From: Nitrospinota bacterium
Lineage (GTDB): Bacteria; Nitrospinota_A; UBA7883; JACRGQ01
Direction of reading: 5' to 3'
Length of the DNA: 44,119 nt
NCBI GenBank assembly: GCA_016194375.1
Contig: JACQBU010000122.1
Location: 1-44,119, forward strand
The notes beneath the pieces were generated by a model, which ran no database searches, had not been told where the DNA came from, and saw nothing but the letters and a program-made list of their open reading frames with translations. Made by a program: the position numbers and the translations under genes. Each line of letters opens with the position of its first letter. The stretch's first letter is position 1. Positions 27,748-36,517 of the stretch are shown here, piece after piece.

Positions 27748-29208
27748 GTGGCCCTGCTCATCGACCGCAAGGGGAGGATAACCCGCGTCGTCGTTGGGGA
27801 CGACCACGGGATAGTGATACCAAACCTGGGCCAGCACAGGGTGGCCGAAAAAAGGCTTGCCGGCGTCAGGTGCGTCCACACCCACCTAAAGGGGGAGCCG
27901 CTGACGCGGGACGACCTCAACGACCTTCTTTTGCTGAGGCTGGACGCGATGGCGTCGGCGGAAGTCAGGCCGGACGGGACGGCGGGAAAAATAACGCTGG
28001 CGTACATCACCGCCGGCGCCGAGGACTCGCACTCCCTCTTCGGCCCCGCGCCGCTCGCACAGGCCAACGAATTTTTCGCCGGTCTGGTCGAGGGGGTGGA
28101 GGCCGACCTTCGCAGGACCGTCGTCTCCCGCAAGGTGAAGGAGGGGGAGTCCGCCCTGCTCATACACGTTTCCAACCTGCCCAGGCGCGCGGCGGAGTAT
28201 TCGCTCGACGAGCTCGCCGCCCTCGCCGGGAGCGCGGGCATAAGGGCCGCGGACCGCGTCATCCAAAGGCGCGGGGCCCCCGACCCGAAATACCTGATGG
28301 GAAGGGGAAAACTTCAGGAGTTCATGATAAAGGCGCTCTCGCTCGGGGTCGACCTGGTCATATTCGACACCGAGCTTTCGCCGGGCCAGATAAAGGCGAT
28401 TTCGGACTTCACCGACATGGACGTGCTGGACAGGACCCAGCTCATCATAGGCATTTTTCAAAAGCGCGCGACGAGCAGGGACGGCAAGGTGCGGGTGCAA
28501 CTCGCGCAGATGAAATACCTTCTGCCGAGGCTCGGCGCGAAGGAGTCCGCCCTTTCGAGGATACGCGGCGGCATAGGCCTGCGCGGGCCCGGCGAGACTG
28601 CCGCGGAGGTGCAACGCCGCCACCTTCAGGCCAGGATAACCGCCTTCGAGAGGGAGCTAAAGCGCCTTAAGGAAAGGCGCGCCCAAAAACGGAAGGAAAG
28701 GACGCGCTCCGAGGTCAGGTCCGTCTCCATCGTCGGATACACCAACGCCGGAAAATCCTCCCTCATCAACAGGCTCACCGACAGCCAACTGCCGGTGAAG
28801 AACCTGCTTTTTTCGACGCTCGACCCCGCCTCGCGCCGCCTGTGGCTTCCGAACGGCCGCCACGCCGTCATAAGCGACACGGTGGGGCTGATAGGCAACA
28901 TGCCGGAAAGCCTCCTCGGAGTCTTTCGGGCGACCCTGGAGGAGCTGGCGGAATCGCACCTTTTGTTGCACGTGACCGACGCGTCGAACCCGGACTTTGA
29001 AAACCACGTCAGGGTCGGCGAAAAACTCCTCGAGGACCTCGGCCTTGGCGAAATACCGAGGCTGAACGTGTTCAACAAGGTGGAACTGCTGGAGCCGGAC
29101 GTCGCCGAGAACCTTTGCAGGCTCAACGGGGCCGTCGGGGTCTCGGCCGCGACCGGCTGGGGAATTGACAACCTACTGGCGGCGATGACGGAAAAACTTT
29201 TCGGCTAG
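27748..29208 (+). CDS. hflX: GTPase HflX (the true start probably lies upstream at a non-canonical codon; see findings)
   Basis: HflX N-domain motifs (...GRGKLQEF..., QLIIGIFQKRATSRDGKVRVQLAQMKYLLPRL, GGIGLRGPGETAAE) and GTPase motifs GYTNAGKSS, DTVG and NKVE. Confidence 0.9.
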   Translation: MALLIDRKGRITRVVVGDDHGIVIPNLGQHRVAEKRLAGVRCVHTHLKGEPLTRDDLNDLLLLRLDAMASAEVRPDGTAGKITLAYITAGAEDSHSLFGPAPLAQANEFFAGLVEGVEADLRRTVVSRKVKEGESALLIHVSNLPRRAAEYSLDELAALAGSAGIRAADRVIQRRGAPDPKYLMGRGKLQEFMIKALSLGVDLVIFDTELSPGQIKAISDFTDMDVLDRTQLIIGIFQKRATSRDGKVRVQLAQMKYLLPRLGAKESALSRIRGGIGLRGPGETAAEVQRRHLQARITAFERELKRLKERRAQKRKERTRSEVRSVSIVGYTNAGKSSLINRLTDSQLPVKNLLFSTLDPASRRLWLPNGRHAVISDTVGLIGNMPESLLGVFRATLEELAESHLLLHVTDASNPDFENHVRVGEKLLEDLGLGEIPRLNVFNKVELLEPDVAENLCRLNGAVGVSAATGWGIDNLLAAMTEKLFG

Positions 29209-29256
29209 GCCGGACCCCGGCCGGCCCTTAAGGTACCGGCTCAGTAGGCCACAAAC

Positions 29257-29379
29257 GTGCATGCTTATGCATCGGGCACTCGTTGGTAGCAACGGGATTT
29301 ATCCTGTTGTTGCGTCCCTTGGGGACGCAAGGCAGGCTGAAGCCCGCCGCTACCAAATTCATGCCGAGCCTGTAGCGGC
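29257..29379 (+). other. Four tandem stem-loops in the hflX-plsC intergenic region (candidate structured RNA or repeat)
   Basis: Hand-folded. The four hairpins are GTGCATGC-ttat-GCAT(cgg)GCAC (29257-29279); AACGGGA-ttta-TCCTGTT with one G-U pair (29291-29308); TTGCGTCCC-ttg-GGGACGCAA (29310-29330); and GCCGCTAC-N18-GTAGCGGC (29346-29379). Confidence 0.35.
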
Positions 29380-29429
29380 CGTTAAAAGCGGGGCGACTTT
29401 TACGCGGGGTTCATGTATATATATGTGGG

Positions 29430-30116
29430 ATGAGGGATTTTCTGCTCAACGCCTGGCGGTGCTTCACGGCTTTCCTATCCGACGTCTTTTGGAGGGTTCT
29501 CTTCACCCCCAAGGGAATCGGGCTCGAGAACATCCCCAAAACGGGGGGGGTCATAATCGCGTGCAACCACCTCTCCCATTTCGACCCGATGTTCGTCGGT
29601 TATTACGTTCTCAACAGTTTTGGCAGGTTCTCGTCCCGGCAGATTTGGAACCCCGCCAAGGAGGAGCTTTTCAGCGTCCCCGTGGTCGGATTTTTGATTC
29701 GCTCCTTCCGCGCCTTCCCGGTCAAGCGGGGAAAGGGGGACCTGCAGTCGCTCGACAGGATAACTTCGCTGGCAAAACGGCACGTCGTCATCATCTACCC
29801 CGAGGGAACCCGCTCGCCGGACGGGAAGTTGCGGCCCGGCAAGATAGGAGTCGGGAAAATAATTCATGATTCGCGCGCGCAGGTGGTCCCCGCCGCCCTT
29901 TTCAACACGCAGTACTGCCTGCCGAAGGGGGCGAAGCGGCCGCGGTTTTTCCTGCCGCTTTCCGTCGTGTTCGGCAAGCCGGTGGAATTCTCGCGATATA
30001 TGGACGCGCCCGACGACAAGGCCACCTCGCAGGCGATAGTGGACGAGGTCATGAGGGCCATAGCGAAATTGCAAAAGGAATACTCTTATCTCGACCTTGC
30101 GGAGACGAAAAAATGA
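29430..30116 (+). CDS. plsC: 1-acyl-sn-glycerol-3-phosphate acyltransferase
   Basis: HX4D motif (ACNHLSHFDP), FPVKRG, and YPEGTRSPDGKL. Confidence 0.85.
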   Translation: MRDFLLNAWRCFTAFLSDVFWRVLFTPKGIGLENIPKTGGVIIACNHLSHFDPMFVGYYVLNSFGRFSSRQIWNPAKEELFSVPVVGFLIRSFRAFPVKRGKGDLQSLDRITSLAKRHVVIIYPEGTRSPDGKLRPGKIGVGKIIHDSRAQVVPAALFNTQYCLPKGAKRPRFFLPLSVVFGKPVEFSRYMDAPDDKATSQAIVDEVMRAIAKLQKEYSYLDLAETKK

Positions 30117-30673
30117 CGACGGCGGGGGTTGACGAGGCGGGGCGCGGCCCGCTGGCCGGGCCGGTGGTGGCGGCGGCGGTGGTCCTGCCCGAGGGGAAGT
30201 CGCCGCCGACCCCATTCAGGGACTCCAAGACGCTCTCCCCCCGCCGGAGGGACGAGCTGTTCAAATGGCTTTATGAGAACGGGGCGGACGTCGGCGTCGG
30301 AGTCGTGCAACACGACGAGATTGACAGGCTGAACATCCTCCGCGCATCCTTGGAGGCGATGAGAATCGCCGTGCTGAAACTCTCCCGCGCGCCGGATTGT
30401 CTTTTGATAGACGGCACGTTCACGATTGACATGCCGACTGTCAGGCAGGAGGCGATAGTCAGGGGGGACTCCAAGATTGCCGCCATCTCGGCCGCCTCGA
30501 TAATCGCAAAGGTGACGCGGGACAGGATAATGGACGACTACCACGGGCAGTTCCCGCAGTACGGGTTCGACAGGCACAAGGGATATCCGACAAAGGAGCA
30601 CAAGCTTGCAATAGTAAAGTTCGGTCCCTGCGCGATTCACAGGAAATCTTTCAGGGGGGTCGCGGGTGTTTAG
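30113..30673 (+). CDS. rnhB: Ribonuclease HII
   Basis: Motifs AGVDEAGRGPLAGPVVAAAVVL, DSK, and ASIIAKVTRD...GYP. Confidence 0.9.
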   Translation: MTTAGVDEAGRGPLAGPVVAAAVVLPEGKSPPTPFRDSKTLSPRRRDELFKWLYENGADVGVGVVQHDEIDRLNILRASLEAMRIAVLKLSRAPDCLLIDGTFTIDMPTVRQEAIVRGDSKIAAISAASIIAKVTRDRIMDDYHGQFPQYGFDRHKGYPTKEHKLAIVKFGPCAIHRKSFRGVAGV

Positions 30674-31043
30674 CTTTTTCCGCAAACTTAAGCAGAAGGC
30701 GCTCGAATACGGCAAAAGCGCCGAAAAAACGGCCGTGAAACACCTGCGCAAAAACGGGTACAAGATAATCGAGACCAACTACAGGTGCGGACGGGGGGAG
30801 ATTGACGTCGTCGCCAAACAGGGAAAATACCTGGTCTTTTGCGAGGTCAAGGCTCGCAGGAACAAAAACTACGGCTCGGCGCTCGAGGGGATAACGCCGT
30901 CCAAAATAAGGAAAATCCGCCTGTCGGCCGAGGATTATTTGGTCAAGAGAAAACTGCTCGGCGTGGACTGCCGGTTCGACGTCCTGACGATTGACGAGTC
31001 CGACGAAGGGGTCAGGATAGAGCTGATAACCAACGCCTTCTAA
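30666..31043 (+). CDS. yraN: YraN family endonuclease-like protein (UPF0102)
   Basis: Motif GEIDVVAKQGKYLVFCEVKAR, a size of about 120 aa, and the usual position downstream of rnhB. Confidence 0.8.
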   Translation: MFSFFRKLKQKALEYGKSAEKTAVKHLRKNGYKIIETNYRCGRGEIDVVAKQGKYLVFCEVKARRNKNYGSALEGITPSKIRKIRLSAEDYLVKRKLLGVDCRFDVLTIDESDEGVRIELITNAF

Positions 31044-31055
31044 CCGCTTCCGGTT

Positions 31056-31868
31056 TCATCGTCCCCCGCGGGTGTTAAGAACGTCCCTCAGGCGGTCGCC
31101 GACGAGGTTGACCGCCAGCACAAGCGCCATGAGGCACAGCCCCGGGAAAATCGTCAGGTGCGGGGCGACGAGCAGGAACGGCCTCCCTTCGTTCAACATG
31201 GAGCCCCAGCTAGGCGCCGGCGGCTGTACGCCGAGCCCCAGAAAACTCAGCCCAGCCTCGGAGAGTATCGCGGACGCGACCCCGAACGCGGCCTCCACCA
31301 TCAGCGGCCCCGCCGAGTTCGGGAGATAGTGGAAAAAAATCAGCCGCGCTTTTCCGGAGCCGGCGGCGACGGCGGCGGTGACGAACTCCCTTTCCCTCAG
31401 CGCGAGCGTCTGGCCCCGCGCCAGGCGGGCGAACCCCGTCCAGCCGGTGAGGCACAGGGCGAAAAGAAGGTGGCCCAACCCCGGCCCCAGGACCGCCATT
31501 ATGGCGATGGCCAGGAGCAGGCCGGGAAACGCCTGCGCCATGTCCACCAGCCGCATGACGACCATGTCAACCCGTCCGCCGAAGGCCCCGGAGGCGGCCC
31601 CCACCGCCGCGCCCGCGGCAAGGCTTATGCCCACGACCAAAAACCCGGCCGCCAGGCTGACGCGCGAGCCGTAAATGAGACGGCTCAACACGTCGCGCCC
31701 CAGCAGGTCGCGCCCCATTGGGTGCGCGCGCGTCGGGGGCTCCAGTCCGAAGACGAGCTCCTGTCCGGCCGGGTCGTGCGGCGAGACGAGCGGCGCCGTG
31801 GCGGCGACGACGGCGACAACCGCGAGCAGGACGACGCCCGCGAGAAAGCCGGACGAAAAAATCCTCAT
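31056..31868 (-). CDS. Peptide/nickel-type ABC transporter permease (DppC/OppC-like)
   Basis: Six-TM permease with N-terminal ...LVSPHDP... and the EAA-loop region [27 protein letters not shown]. The start is trimmed to MRIFSSGF; its ATG overlaps the upstream stop as ATGA. Confidence 0.8.
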   Translation of the reverse strand: MRIFSSGFLAGVVLLAVVAVVAATAPLVSPHDPAGQELVFGLEPPTRAHPMGRDLLGRDVLSRLIYGSRVSLAAGFLVVGISLAAGAAVGAASGAFGGRVDMVVMRLVDMAQAFPGLLLAIAIMAVLGPGLGHLLFALCLTGWTGFARLARGQTLALREREFVTAAVAAGSGKARLIFFHYLPNSAGPLMVEAAFGVASAILSEAGLSFLGLGVQPPAPSWGSMLNEGRPFLLVAPHLTIFPGLCLMALVLAVNLVGDRLRDVLNTRGGR

Positions 31869-32787
31869 CGGTACAGCCTCACGCGGGGGTCGGCGACGGC
31901 GTATGCGCAGTCGACGATGAAATTCGCGAAGACGTAGCACAGCGCGACGTTAAGAACGCACGCCTGCACGAGCGGGTAGTCGCGCGCCTCTATCGCGTCC
32001 ACAAGAAGCCTTCCGACGCCGGGCCACGCGAAAATCGTCTCAGTCACGACGGCGCCCGAAAGAAGCGCCCCGAGTTGGAGGCCGACGACGGTGATGACCG
32101 GAAGCATGGCGTTTGAAGGGCGTGTCTGGCGAAGATCCGCCATTCGGGGACGCCGCGGGCCCTCGCGGACATTATGTAATCCTCCCCCTCGACCTCGAGC
32201 ACCGAGGAGCGCGTGACGCGAAGTATCAGCGCGCCCATGCCGGCGGCCAGCGTGGCGGCAGGCAGTATCAGGCTCGCGAGTCCGTCCCTGCCCGACACCG
32301 GCGTCCACCCGAGCCACATGGAAAAGACGATTATCAAAACCGGCCCGAGCCAGAAATTCGGGACGGCGACGCCGAAAAGCGAAACGAGGCTCCAAAACTT
32401 GTCCCCGAACCGACTTTTACGCGCCGCCGAAAACAGACCGGCCGCCACGCCAAAAAGCGCCGCGAGCGACATGGCGCCGACGGCAAGCTCGAACGTCGCG
32501 GGCCATCTGGACAAAACCTCGCGCAAGACCGGCTCGCGGGTTTTTATCGAGACGCCCAAATCACCCGCCGCCAGGCCGGAGAGAAACCCGACGTACTGCT
32601 CCGCCACGGGCCGGTCCAGCCCCGCGCTTTTCCGCAGGGCGTCCTTGTCCGCCGTGGAGGCCGTTTCGCCCAGCATTATCTCCACCGGGTCGCCGGGAAC
32701 CATGTGTATCACGAAAAACACCACGGTCACGACCCCGAAAACGGACGGGAACAAAAGCAGAAGCCTTTTTAAAAGGTATCCTCGCAT
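31865..32787 (-). pseudogene. Peptide/nickel-type ABC transporter permease (DppB/OppB-like) with a 1-nt frameshift
   Basis: Frame A reads MRGYLLKRLLLLFPSVFGVVTVVFFVIHMVPGDP...[22 protein letters not shown]. Frame B continues [41 protein letters not shown]...DPRVRLYR. The switch lies within 32105-32124 (minus-strand cacgcccttcaaacgccatg). Confidence 0.8.
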
Positions 32788-32788
32788 C

Positions 32789-34294
32789 CTATTTTTCCCC
32801 TTCGGAAAATCGGGCGGTCGCCAGCGAGTCCAGCCCCTCGTCGGGGTACACCACGAAGCCGCTCACGCGCCTGTTCAGGGCCGCGACGTTGACCTGGGTC
32901 CACAGGGGCAGAAAAGGAAGCTGTAACGCCAGCTCCCGCTGGGCCTCGTCGTAAATTTTTTTTCTTTTGGAAAAATCGGGCTCCTTTTTCCCGGCGTCCA
33001 GAAGCTCGTCCAGCTCCGGGTCCTCGAACCGGCCCCTGTTGAAGCCGTTCGGGGGGGCGTACTTCGAGTGAAAAATGAACCGCAGGACGTCCGGGTCCGC
33101 GATTCCGACCCACGTGAGCGAATACATCTGAAAATTTCCGGATTTGACGTCGGAGAAAAACGTACCCCATTCGTAGCTTTTAATCTCCGTCTCAATCCCG
33201 ACCTTTTTAAGGTGCTCGGCGAAGATCTCCGCCAGCTTGCCCCGCACGGCGTTTTTGGACGTCTTAAAGACCAGCTTCAAGCGGGGCCTGCCCCCCCCGG
33301 GGTCTGGGTGTCCGGCCGCGTCGAGCAACTGCCTCGACTTTTCCGGGTCGTAGGCCAGCGGAACCTCCTCCATGTGGAACGGATTCGCGGGGGCGATGAG
33401 CGTCTCGGTTTTGACGGCGGAATCCCTGAGGAAATGTTTTATAATCGCGTCCCTGTCTATGGCGTGGGCGATTGCGCGGCGCACCCTCACGTCCCTCAAA
33501 ACGGGGTCCCTCGCGTTGAACCCTATGTAGGAGACGTTCGTGCCAAGGGTTTTTTCCAGCGATATGCTTTTTTGCCTTCCCAGCCAGGGGAGCATCGCCG
33601 GCATGATCGGGTTCGAGACCAGGTGCAGGTTCCCCTTGGAAAGCTCCAGCATTCGGACCGTCTCGTCCGGCACCGTCTTGAACAGAACGCCCGAAAGGCG
33701 GGGCGGTTCCCCGAAGTAAAAGTCGTTTCGGGCCAGCGCCAGCTCGGCCCCGCGTTTGTGGCGGACGACGCGAAAGGGGCCCGCGCCGGCGGGTTTTTCG
33801 GAAAGGTCGCCGGAGCCGTCCGGGACGACCCCGAACGTGAGGTTGCCGACGAACGGCGCGAACGGCTCCCTTAGTTTGACGACGACGGTGAAGGCGTCCG
33901 GCGTCGCCACGGAAACCACGTCCCCCAGTCCGTTTCGCAACGGGGAGCCGTTTTTTTCGTCGAGCACCGAGTTGATGGTGTAGCGCAGGTCGGCGGAGGT
34001 GAGCGGCCTGCCGTCGTTGAACGCGGCGTTTTTCCTCAGCCTTATCACGTAAGTGGTCGGGTCAGGCTGGGCGACGGATTCCGCCAGCCATGGACGCAGG
34101 GCCATTTTTTCGTCGCGCCGCATTATCCCCGCGTAAACAAGGCGGCAGACGTTGGCCGAGACCGCGTCAAACGCGTATCGGGGGTCCAACGAGGCGACGT
34201 CCGTCTCAATCCCGACCACAAGGGTGTTGGACTGTTGCGGTGCAAGCGAGCATGCGGAGAGGACGAAGACAAGGAAAAGCGTAATCCGTCCCAT
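32789..34294 (-). CDS. ABC transporter substrate-binding lipoprotein, family 5 (peptide/nickel type)
   Basis: Lipobox VLSAC. The roughly 500-aa protein has typical SBP_bac_5 features (...LVVGIETDVASLDP..., ...YSLTWVGIADPD...) and lies upstream of two permease genes. Confidence 0.8.
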   Translation of the reverse strand: MGRITLFLVFVLSACSLAPQQSNTLVVGIETDVASLDPRYAFDAVSANVCRLVYAGIMRRDEKMALRPWLAESVAQPDPTTYVIRLRKNAAFNDGRPLTSADLRYTINSVLDEKNGSPLRNGLGDVVSVATPDAFTVVVKLREPFAPFVGNLTFGVVPDGSGDLSEKPAGAGPFRVVRHKRGAELALARNDFYFGEPPRLSGVLFKTVPDETVRMLELSKGNLHLVSNPIMPAMLPWLGRQKSISLEKTLGTNVSYIGFNARDPVLRDVRVRRAIAHAIDRDAIIKHFLRDSAVKTETLIAPANPFHMEEVPLAYDPEKSRQLLDAAGHPDPGGGRPRLKLVFKTSKNAVRGKLAEIFAEHLKKVGIETEIKSYEWGTFFSDVKSGNFQMYSLTWVGIADPDVLRFIFHSKYAPPNGFNRGRFEDPELDELLDAGKKEPDFSKRKKIYDEAQRELALQLPFLPLWTQVNVAALNRRVSGFVVYPDEGLDSLATARFSEGEK

Positions 34295-34347
34295 GGCGAC
34301 GATTCTACCCCCTCTAGCCGGAAATTCGGACGGTCAAAGGACCGGGG

Positions 34348-34812
34348 TTATTTCTCCGTGACGGCCCTCTGGTAATTGTCCAACAGGGCGGGGTCGTCGA
34401 TTGAGCCGTGATGGTGCACCTGCCTCCAGCGACCGGCAACGAGCCTGAACACCCTGCTGGTGCGTATTGCAAGCTCCACCGATGCGCCCCCTTTTTGGAA
34501 TCTTCCGCGTTCGCGGCCCACAGCATAGAAGAGCCCGCCGGCCTCGTGTATGGTGTAGTCATAAAACTCTACATAGACCCTCGCCGGGCCGCCAAAGATG
34601 CGGGAGTAGACCTCCATAATTTCCGCCCGTCCGCGCCTTATGCCGCCGAGCGGGTTGTCCATGGCTATTTCCTCAGAATCGGCCCAGTTGCGGGACATCT
34701 TTTCGAAGTCGCGGTTGTTGAAGGCTTCGTAAAACTCGGAAAGGGCAAGATGCGGGCCGGATAAGCCGATTCTGTCCTCGCCGCCTGTTATCGGCGTTTC
34801 AACTGGCTTCAT
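34348..34812 (-). CDS. SnoaL-like / NTF2-fold protein
   Basis: 154 aa. The pattern FYEAFNNRDFEKMSRNWADSEEIAMDNPLGG...GRAEI... is typical of NTF2-like (SnoaL/DUF4440) proteins. Confidence 0.55.
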   Translation of the reverse strand: MKPVETPITGGEDRIGLSGPHLALSEFYEAFNNRDFEKMSRNWADSEEIAMDNPLGGIRRGRAEIMEVYSRIFGGPARVYVEFYDYTIHEAGGLFYAVGRERGRFQKGGASVELAIRTSRVFRLVAGRWRQVHHHGSIDDPALLDNYQRAVTEK

Positions 34813-36014
34813 TCCGCTATGAATCGCTCGAAAAGCTCGTACCCCTGGTCGAAATGGAGCGCGCCCTTTTTCTCCGTTATTTTTTCGTCGAAGCTCTCCG
34901 CGTTCCCCCCTTCCTTGAGGGCGGGCCAGACGGCGAACGGCACCGGGCCGCTCGTGTGGGTTTGTTTTGAAAGCGGGCAGGGATGGTCGGACAAGGCGAT
35001 TGCGCGCCCGTTAAGGCGCTTGATTTCCGCAAGCAACGGCCCCACTATCCGCGCGTCGAAATCTTCGATGGACTTAAGCTTGTTCTCAAGCGAGCCGGAA
35101 TGGCTGGACTCGTCCGGGGCCTCGATGTGGATGTACACGAGGTCCTTCTCGTTAAGGGCCTTGATCGCCGCCCGCGCCTTTCCCTCGTAGTTGGTGTCTA
35201 TGTAGCCCGTGGCGCCGGGCACGTTGACGACCTCCATGCCGGAAAGCGCGCCTATGCCCTTCATGAGGTCCACGGCGGATATCATGGCGCCGGACAAGCC
35301 CCGAAGTTCCCCGAGCTTGGGAAGCAACGTGGCCCTCCCCTGCCCCCAGAGCCATATCGAGTTGGCCTCCGGTTTATTCCCGGACTTTCTGTCTTTGTTG
35401 ACCGGGTGCCGTTTTAGGACCATCTGGGATTCGCCGATAAGGTGCCGGAGCGTCTCGCCCTGCGCCCCGCGCGGCAAAAAGTCCTTGACGTTTGTTCCCG
35501 TGATGTCGTGCGGCGGGGTGCATTTGACGTCCCCGGAGCCGTTTACCCATACCATAAGGTGCCTGTAGCTGACCCCGGGGTAAAAACGGAACTCGCTTTT
35601 TTCGCCGAAGTATTCGTTCAAGGCCGCGACGAGCGCCGCGGCGGATTCGCTGTCGATGTGCCCGGCGGAAAAGTCCTGCATCAGCACCCCCTCCGCGTTG
35701 GGCGCAAGGGTTACGAGGTTGCACCTGTACGCGACGTCGCTAGGACCGAGGTTGACGCCCATCGCGGCGGCCTCCAGCGGCGCCCGCCCGGTGTAATATT
35801 TCCTCGGGTCGTAGCCGAGGAGCCCCATGTTGGTCACGTCGGAGCCCGGCGAGTAGCCCTCCGGCGTGGTCCGGACGTACCCCACGGTCCCTTCGCGGGC
35901 CATGCGGTCGAGGTTGGGCGTTTTTGCCGCCATGAGCGGGGTTCTGCCGCCGAGCGCCTCTATCGGCTCGTCCGGCATGCCGTCCCCGAGAAGAATAATT
36001 CTTTTAACCGCCAT
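34809..36014 (-). CDS. apgM: Cofactor-independent phosphoglycerate mutase, archaeal-type (ApgM family)
   Basis: N-terminus MAVKRIILLGDGMPDEPIEALGGRTPLMAAKTPNLDRMA...GSDVTNMGLLGYDP, followed by IHIEAPDESSHSG. The start is trimmed to ATG 36014. Confidence 0.8.
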   Translation of the reverse strand: MAVKRIILLGDGMPDEPIEALGGRTPLMAAKTPNLDRMAREGTVGYVRTTPEGYSPGSDVTNMGLLGYDPRKYYTGRAPLEAAAMGVNLGPSDVAYRCNLVTLAPNAEGVLMQDFSAGHIDSESAAALVAALNEYFGEKSEFRFYPGVSYRHLMVWVNGSGDVKCTPPHDITGTNVKDFLPRGAQGETLRHLIGESQMVLKRHPVNKDRKSGNKPEANSIWLWGQGRATLLPKLGELRGLSGAMISAVDLMKGIGALSGMEVVNVPGATGYIDTNYEGKARAAIKALNEKDLVYIHIEAPDESSHSGSLENKLKSIEDFDARIVGPLLAEIKRLNGRAIALSDHPCPLSKQTHTSGPVPFAVWPALKEGGNAESFDEKITEKKGALHFDQGYELFERFIAE

Positions 36015-36181
36015 ACAATTATTATGACACATGGCCGATTTACCCAATCCGGAAAAACTTTCAACGGATTGCGCCAATATGCGGGGGACGGCCCCGGCGG
36101 GGACGCGCGCGGACGTTTTTATGGTAACGTAAGGGAGTTTTGGGCATGTACCTTCCGCGTCAAACTTTTTTGGGGTGCGTA

Positions 36182-36517
36182 ATGTCAAAAATATTTCTCA
36201 TTTTTATGACGGCCATAATCATTTTATCCCCCGCGTCGGCGCCCGCCCACGAGGGGCACGAACACGGCGCGTCCCAAGCGGAGCCCGAACAGCCCGCACA
36301 GCCGCGACAAATTCCGGGCGGGGACGCACAAACGGAGCTGTTTAGGGAAAACGCCCTGCTAAAAGAGGAGCTGGAAAAGCAAAAGGCGGAGACCATGAAA
36401 ATCACCCGGACCGAGACCGAGAGGGCGTCGGGCCGGTCGTCGCTCATCATCATGGGAATCCTTTTGGCCGGGCTCGGGCTTGCCATAAGGTACCTGCCCG
36501 AAAGGGGTTCGAAGTGA
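36182..36517 (+). CDS. Hypothetical exported/anchored protein with a His-rich N-terminus
   Basis: Signal-like MSKIFLIFMTAIIILSPASAPA, then HEGHEHG, a charged coiled-coil-like segment, and a C-terminal TM helix (LIIMGILLAGLGLAI). Its stop overlaps the next gene's GTG. Confidence 0.5.
   Translation: MSKIFLIFMTAIIILSPASAPAHEGHEHGASQAEPEQPAQPRQIPGGDAQTELFRENALLKEELEKQKAETMKITRTETERASGRSSLIIMGILLAGLGLAIRYLPERGSK

Noticed and set aside
29219-29272. Cluster of restriction-site-like palindromes (GGCCGGCC, CTTAAG, GGTACC, GCATGC, ATGCAT) resembling a synthetic polylinker
   Set aside because: There are no vector-like flanks, and the palindromes are equally explained by the hairpin-forming nature of the region. 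I treat it as natural structured DNA unless read or assembly evidence says otherwise.
29261-29869. 202-aa + strand ORF spanning the intergenic hairpin region and the 5' half of plsC
   Set aside because: It is out of frame with the well-supported plsC gene, has no motifs, and its start lies inside palindromic hairpins.
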